From the NCBI GenBank assembly GCA_041287865.1, contig JBGGMV010000008.1, positions 70,297 through 134,296 of the forward strand: a stretch of DNA of 64,000 nt, read 5' to 3'. The stretch comes from Alphaproteobacteria bacterium. GTDB taxonomy: Bacteria; Pseudomonadota; Alphaproteobacteria; Micavibrionales; UBA2020. A model generated the notes under the pieces. The model was not told the DNA's origin. It ran no database searches and worked only from the letters and a program-made list of their open reading frames with translations. Both the position numbers and the translations under genes were made by a program. Shown here in pieces: positions 63,415-64,000 of this stretch; the first letter of the stretch is position 1; each line of letters starts with the position of its first letter.

Positions 63415-63424
63415 GTTATGTCAA
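63415..63424 (-). promoter_or_regulatory. TTGACATAAY promoter box
   Basis: On the minus strand: TTGACATAAC, an 18-nt spacer, then TAGGTT (63400-63395). It lies upstream of ATG 63327. Confidence 0.55.
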
Positions 63425-63451
63425 TTAAAATGGGGGCCAAAGGCCTTAAAA

Positions 63452-63994
63452 TCAGGGCTGCTTTTTCAGCTTCGTGACCGGCAGCAGGGTGATGCGGTCT
63501 TTTGTGCCGTTGCCCATGGCGTTTACTTCTTCGGCCAGTTTCTGGCGCGCCGCTTCTTTTTCCTGCGCGGGGTAGACGTCGGTGTAAATCTGCGTGCCGA
63601 TGGCGTCGTCGGGCAGCAATAGAACGGCGAAGGTGGAGGGCGGCAGGGCCTCGGCGGGATCGGCCTTGTGGATGCGGTTCCAGTCGATGTCGATGCCCTT
63701 GTTGCCGCGGCGGATGGCGCGGGGGTGTAGCGCGACGGGATCGTTTTCGTGGTGCGTGGCTTCCATCAGCGCGACGGCGCCCTCGGGCAGCGGCGCGGGC
63801 GGTTCCTGCCCCAGCGTGATCTGCCAGAAGTTTTTCCATTCGCTTTGCGTGCGCACCGCCATGCCGATCGTGCCCGAGCCCTTGGTGTAAGGCCCCGTAA
63901 TAAAATTGCCGCCGTTGATCTGCGGCAGTTTATTGCCGAAGGCGCGGCGGACGCGGGATCTTTCGTCCTTTATGTCGATGTTTGTGAAGTCCAT
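63452..63994 (-). CDS. hypothetical protein with tail-like C-terminus, 5' end possibly outside window
   Basis: At least 180 aa. The frame stays open to the window edge upstream of Met 63994. It ends ...DRITLLPVTKLKKQP. Confidence 0.6.
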   Translation of the reverse strand: MDFTNIDIKDERSRVRRAFGNKLPQINGGNFITGPYTKGSGTIGMAVRTQSEWKNFWQITLGQEPPAPLPEGAVALMEATHHENDPVALHPRAIRRGNKGIDIDWNRIHKADPAEALPPSTFAVLLLPDDAIGTQIYTDVYPAQEKEAARQKLAEEVNAMGNGTKDRITLLPVTKLKKQP

Positions 63995-64000
63995 GCGCGT

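Noticed and set aside
1-64000. Mobile element, prophage or integrative island boundaries around the accessory blocks
   Set aside because: I could not recognise a transposase, integrase, tRNA gene, inverted terminal repeats or flanking direct repeats. Island status is therefore inferred only from broken synteny and, for two genes, low GC.

Overview
High-GC chromosomal segment (roughly 60% by eye) with alphaproteobacteria-like gene content and synteny. It holds about 60 credible protein-coding genes and one tandem glycine riboswitch. I recognised no rRNA, tRNA, CRISPR array, transposase or integrase. All domain calls are by-eye readings of the translated ORFs; no database search was run. The housekeeping backbone is ileS, trpS, gcvT-gcvH-gcvP, tkt-gap-(insert)-class I aldolase-thiE, ffh-rpsP-rimM, epmA, an acyl-CoA ligase, ahpD-like/dps, a pirin/LysR pair, a MATE pump, two AI-2E transporters, an LpxR-like protein and a PQQ sugar dehydrogenase. 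Interleaved with it is an unusually rich accessory layer: five ankyrin-repeat proteins, a Sel1-repeat protein, four tandem paralogs of a duplicated SLT-like/peptidoglycan-binding protein (one fused to an NlpC/P60-like domain), a 1029-aa protein of eight cadherin-like repeats, three DUF808 paralogs, two secreted hyper-charged repeat proteins and about a dozen small hypothetical proteins. Main observations: (1) At least 11-12 otherwise unrelated ankyrin or hypothetical proteins without Sec signals end in the same short basic-hydrophobic tail, [KR]-x-h-x-h-[KR], for example TPMKALKLKHP. I read this as a candidate C-terminal export or translocation tag for an effector repertoire whose machinery is not in this window. 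(2) Eight of the transcription units encoding these proteins carry the same promoter box, TTGACATAAY, followed 17-18 nt later by a TA-initiated -10. This suggests a co-regulated set. (3) Conserved operons (gap-pgk-fba and rpsP-rimM-trmD-rplS) appear interrupted by accessory genes although no mobility genes are visible. Many long ORFs in the supplied track are antisense or alternate-frame artefacts of the GC content, and several real genes (ileS, trpS, epmA, gcvT, ahpD-like, SRAP) start well downstream of the track's first Met.
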